From Balanoglossus misakiensis (Eukaryota > Animalia > Hemichordata), in the NCBI GenBank assembly GCA_040954595.2, contig CM082598.2:9997097-10061096 (forward strand): a stretch of DNA of 64,000 nt, written 5' to 3'. The stretch's first letter is position 1, and each line of letters starts with the position of its first letter. Both the position numbers and the translations under genes were made by a program. This document shows, piece by piece, positions 62,946 through 64,000 of the stretch. Under the pieces are notes generated by a model. The model saw only the letters and a program-made list of their open reading frames with translations, ran no database searches and had not been told where the DNA came from.

Positions 62946-64000
62946 CTTATTATTTATATTCCCCTGTATATATTCCCCTGTAAATGTCTCATAATTTGAG
63001 GAATAATATTTTGGAAGCTGAACGGAAGTTGCAACTCAAATCAAATTTCAACTTCTCCAATATATGGAATAACACTATAAGCCTACTGACTTGAGAAACT
63101 CAAATTGAATTTCAAATTCTCGAACAAACGAAAATATGTTTGAATGTAAGTAATCTTACTATAAAATTGACATGCAATTACCTGTCGTTGGTGAAGCAAA
63201 CTGAACAATGGACATGACAAATGATGTTTTCTGTGTAGATTATAAATAAACTGACTCTCATCACTTGATGTTAGGATTTCTTGCATTGCCAGAATGATGT
63301 GATCACCAGAATTCTCTGATGAATCAAACAATTTCAGCCTGGAGATTTCCCTGGACAGTGTCTGTGTGAGAAATGATGGCAAAATATTAATATCATTTAT
63401 TAGGAAACCTGGCCAGTCACTGAGAAATCTGTCGGCCTTTACAAAGTATAGTTCATAATCTTCTCATAAAATGATAAAGTTGCCGCAAAGGTATACAGTC
63501 ACCTATAATTTACATACGCCCATATATGGCTGAAATGGCGTATTTGAGCGTTCTAAAGGACATATGGCGGCGCTCTTTTTTTCGCGTGTGCCACCCACTG
63601 AAAATCTGTGATTGGCTAGATCTCAAGTTTACCATGGTAACTGTAGTTAAATTACCATAGGTGACAATATACCTTAACATATCATATTTCTTCTGGGAAG
63701 TGTAATTGTTTTAAGATCAAATATTACATGTACATACCAATTGTATGCCTCTCAGATATTGTCTTTCCGTTGATGCACTCACTTTGTGCTCACCAATACT
63801 GAATAGCTGTAAATATAATCAAAGGAGAAGAAATCACTCACTCATTAGCAATGATACTGCAAAAGTGGAAGTGACTGATTTTGAGTCTGAAGTTGGAAAA
63901 GAGTCCCAGTACAGTGTAGAGAGGTTTCCAGATTAGGTAGATTTTGCTGTCCAACCATTTTCACACAACGGCCATAAAACTTAAAGAAGAACTATTAAAT
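62946..64000 (-). repeat. Array unit 8 (cut by the window end)
   Basis: Same sequence as the start of unit 7. Confidence 0.9.

Larger units (their letters stand above)
19861..64000 (-). repeat. INTS1: Tandem macrosatellite-like array (at least 8 units) of an intron-containing INTS1 pseudogene segment
   Basis: An identical marker recurs at 20660, 28586, 33252, 39396, 45406, 51352, 57726 and 63745 (spacings 7926, 4666, 6144, 6010, 5946, 6374, 6019). The array runs off the window end. Confidence 0.95.

Noticed and set aside
19861-64000. Array as a pure assembly artefact, or as a functional INTS1 with repeated exons
   Set aside because: Copy-specific TE insertions with TSDs and distinct junctions argue for real copies (read support still needed). 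Shared stops and frameshifts exclude a functional protein.

Overview
Eukaryotic (metazoan, probably marine invertebrate) genomic DNA with spliceosomal GT-AG introns and no intact host gene. (i) 1.6-14.3 kb: broken + strand PX+SH3 gene resembling p40phox/NCF4. Its intron holds an antisense Ty3/Gypsy retrotransposon (gag with two CCHC knuckles, GGGAAAC -1 frameshift, pol PR-RT-RH-IN with two nonsense codons, tRNA-Leu-type PBS, no matching LTR pair) and a nest of three MITEs sharing one target site. (ii) 14.8-17.7 kb: a signal-peptide ORF of unknown function and a Helentron/DINE-1-like element. (iii) 18.2-19.0 kb: the last two exons of Integrator subunit 1 (INTS1) on the - strand. (iv) 19.9-64 kb: a head-to-tail array of at least 8 nearly identical ~4.7-7.9 kb units, each a genomic (intron-containing) slice of the middle exons of INTS1. 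The slice already carried frameshifts and a nonsense codon before amplification, and copies have since gained their own transposon insertions, deletions and duplications. Protein family calls come from my recollection of homologous sequences, not from database searches.
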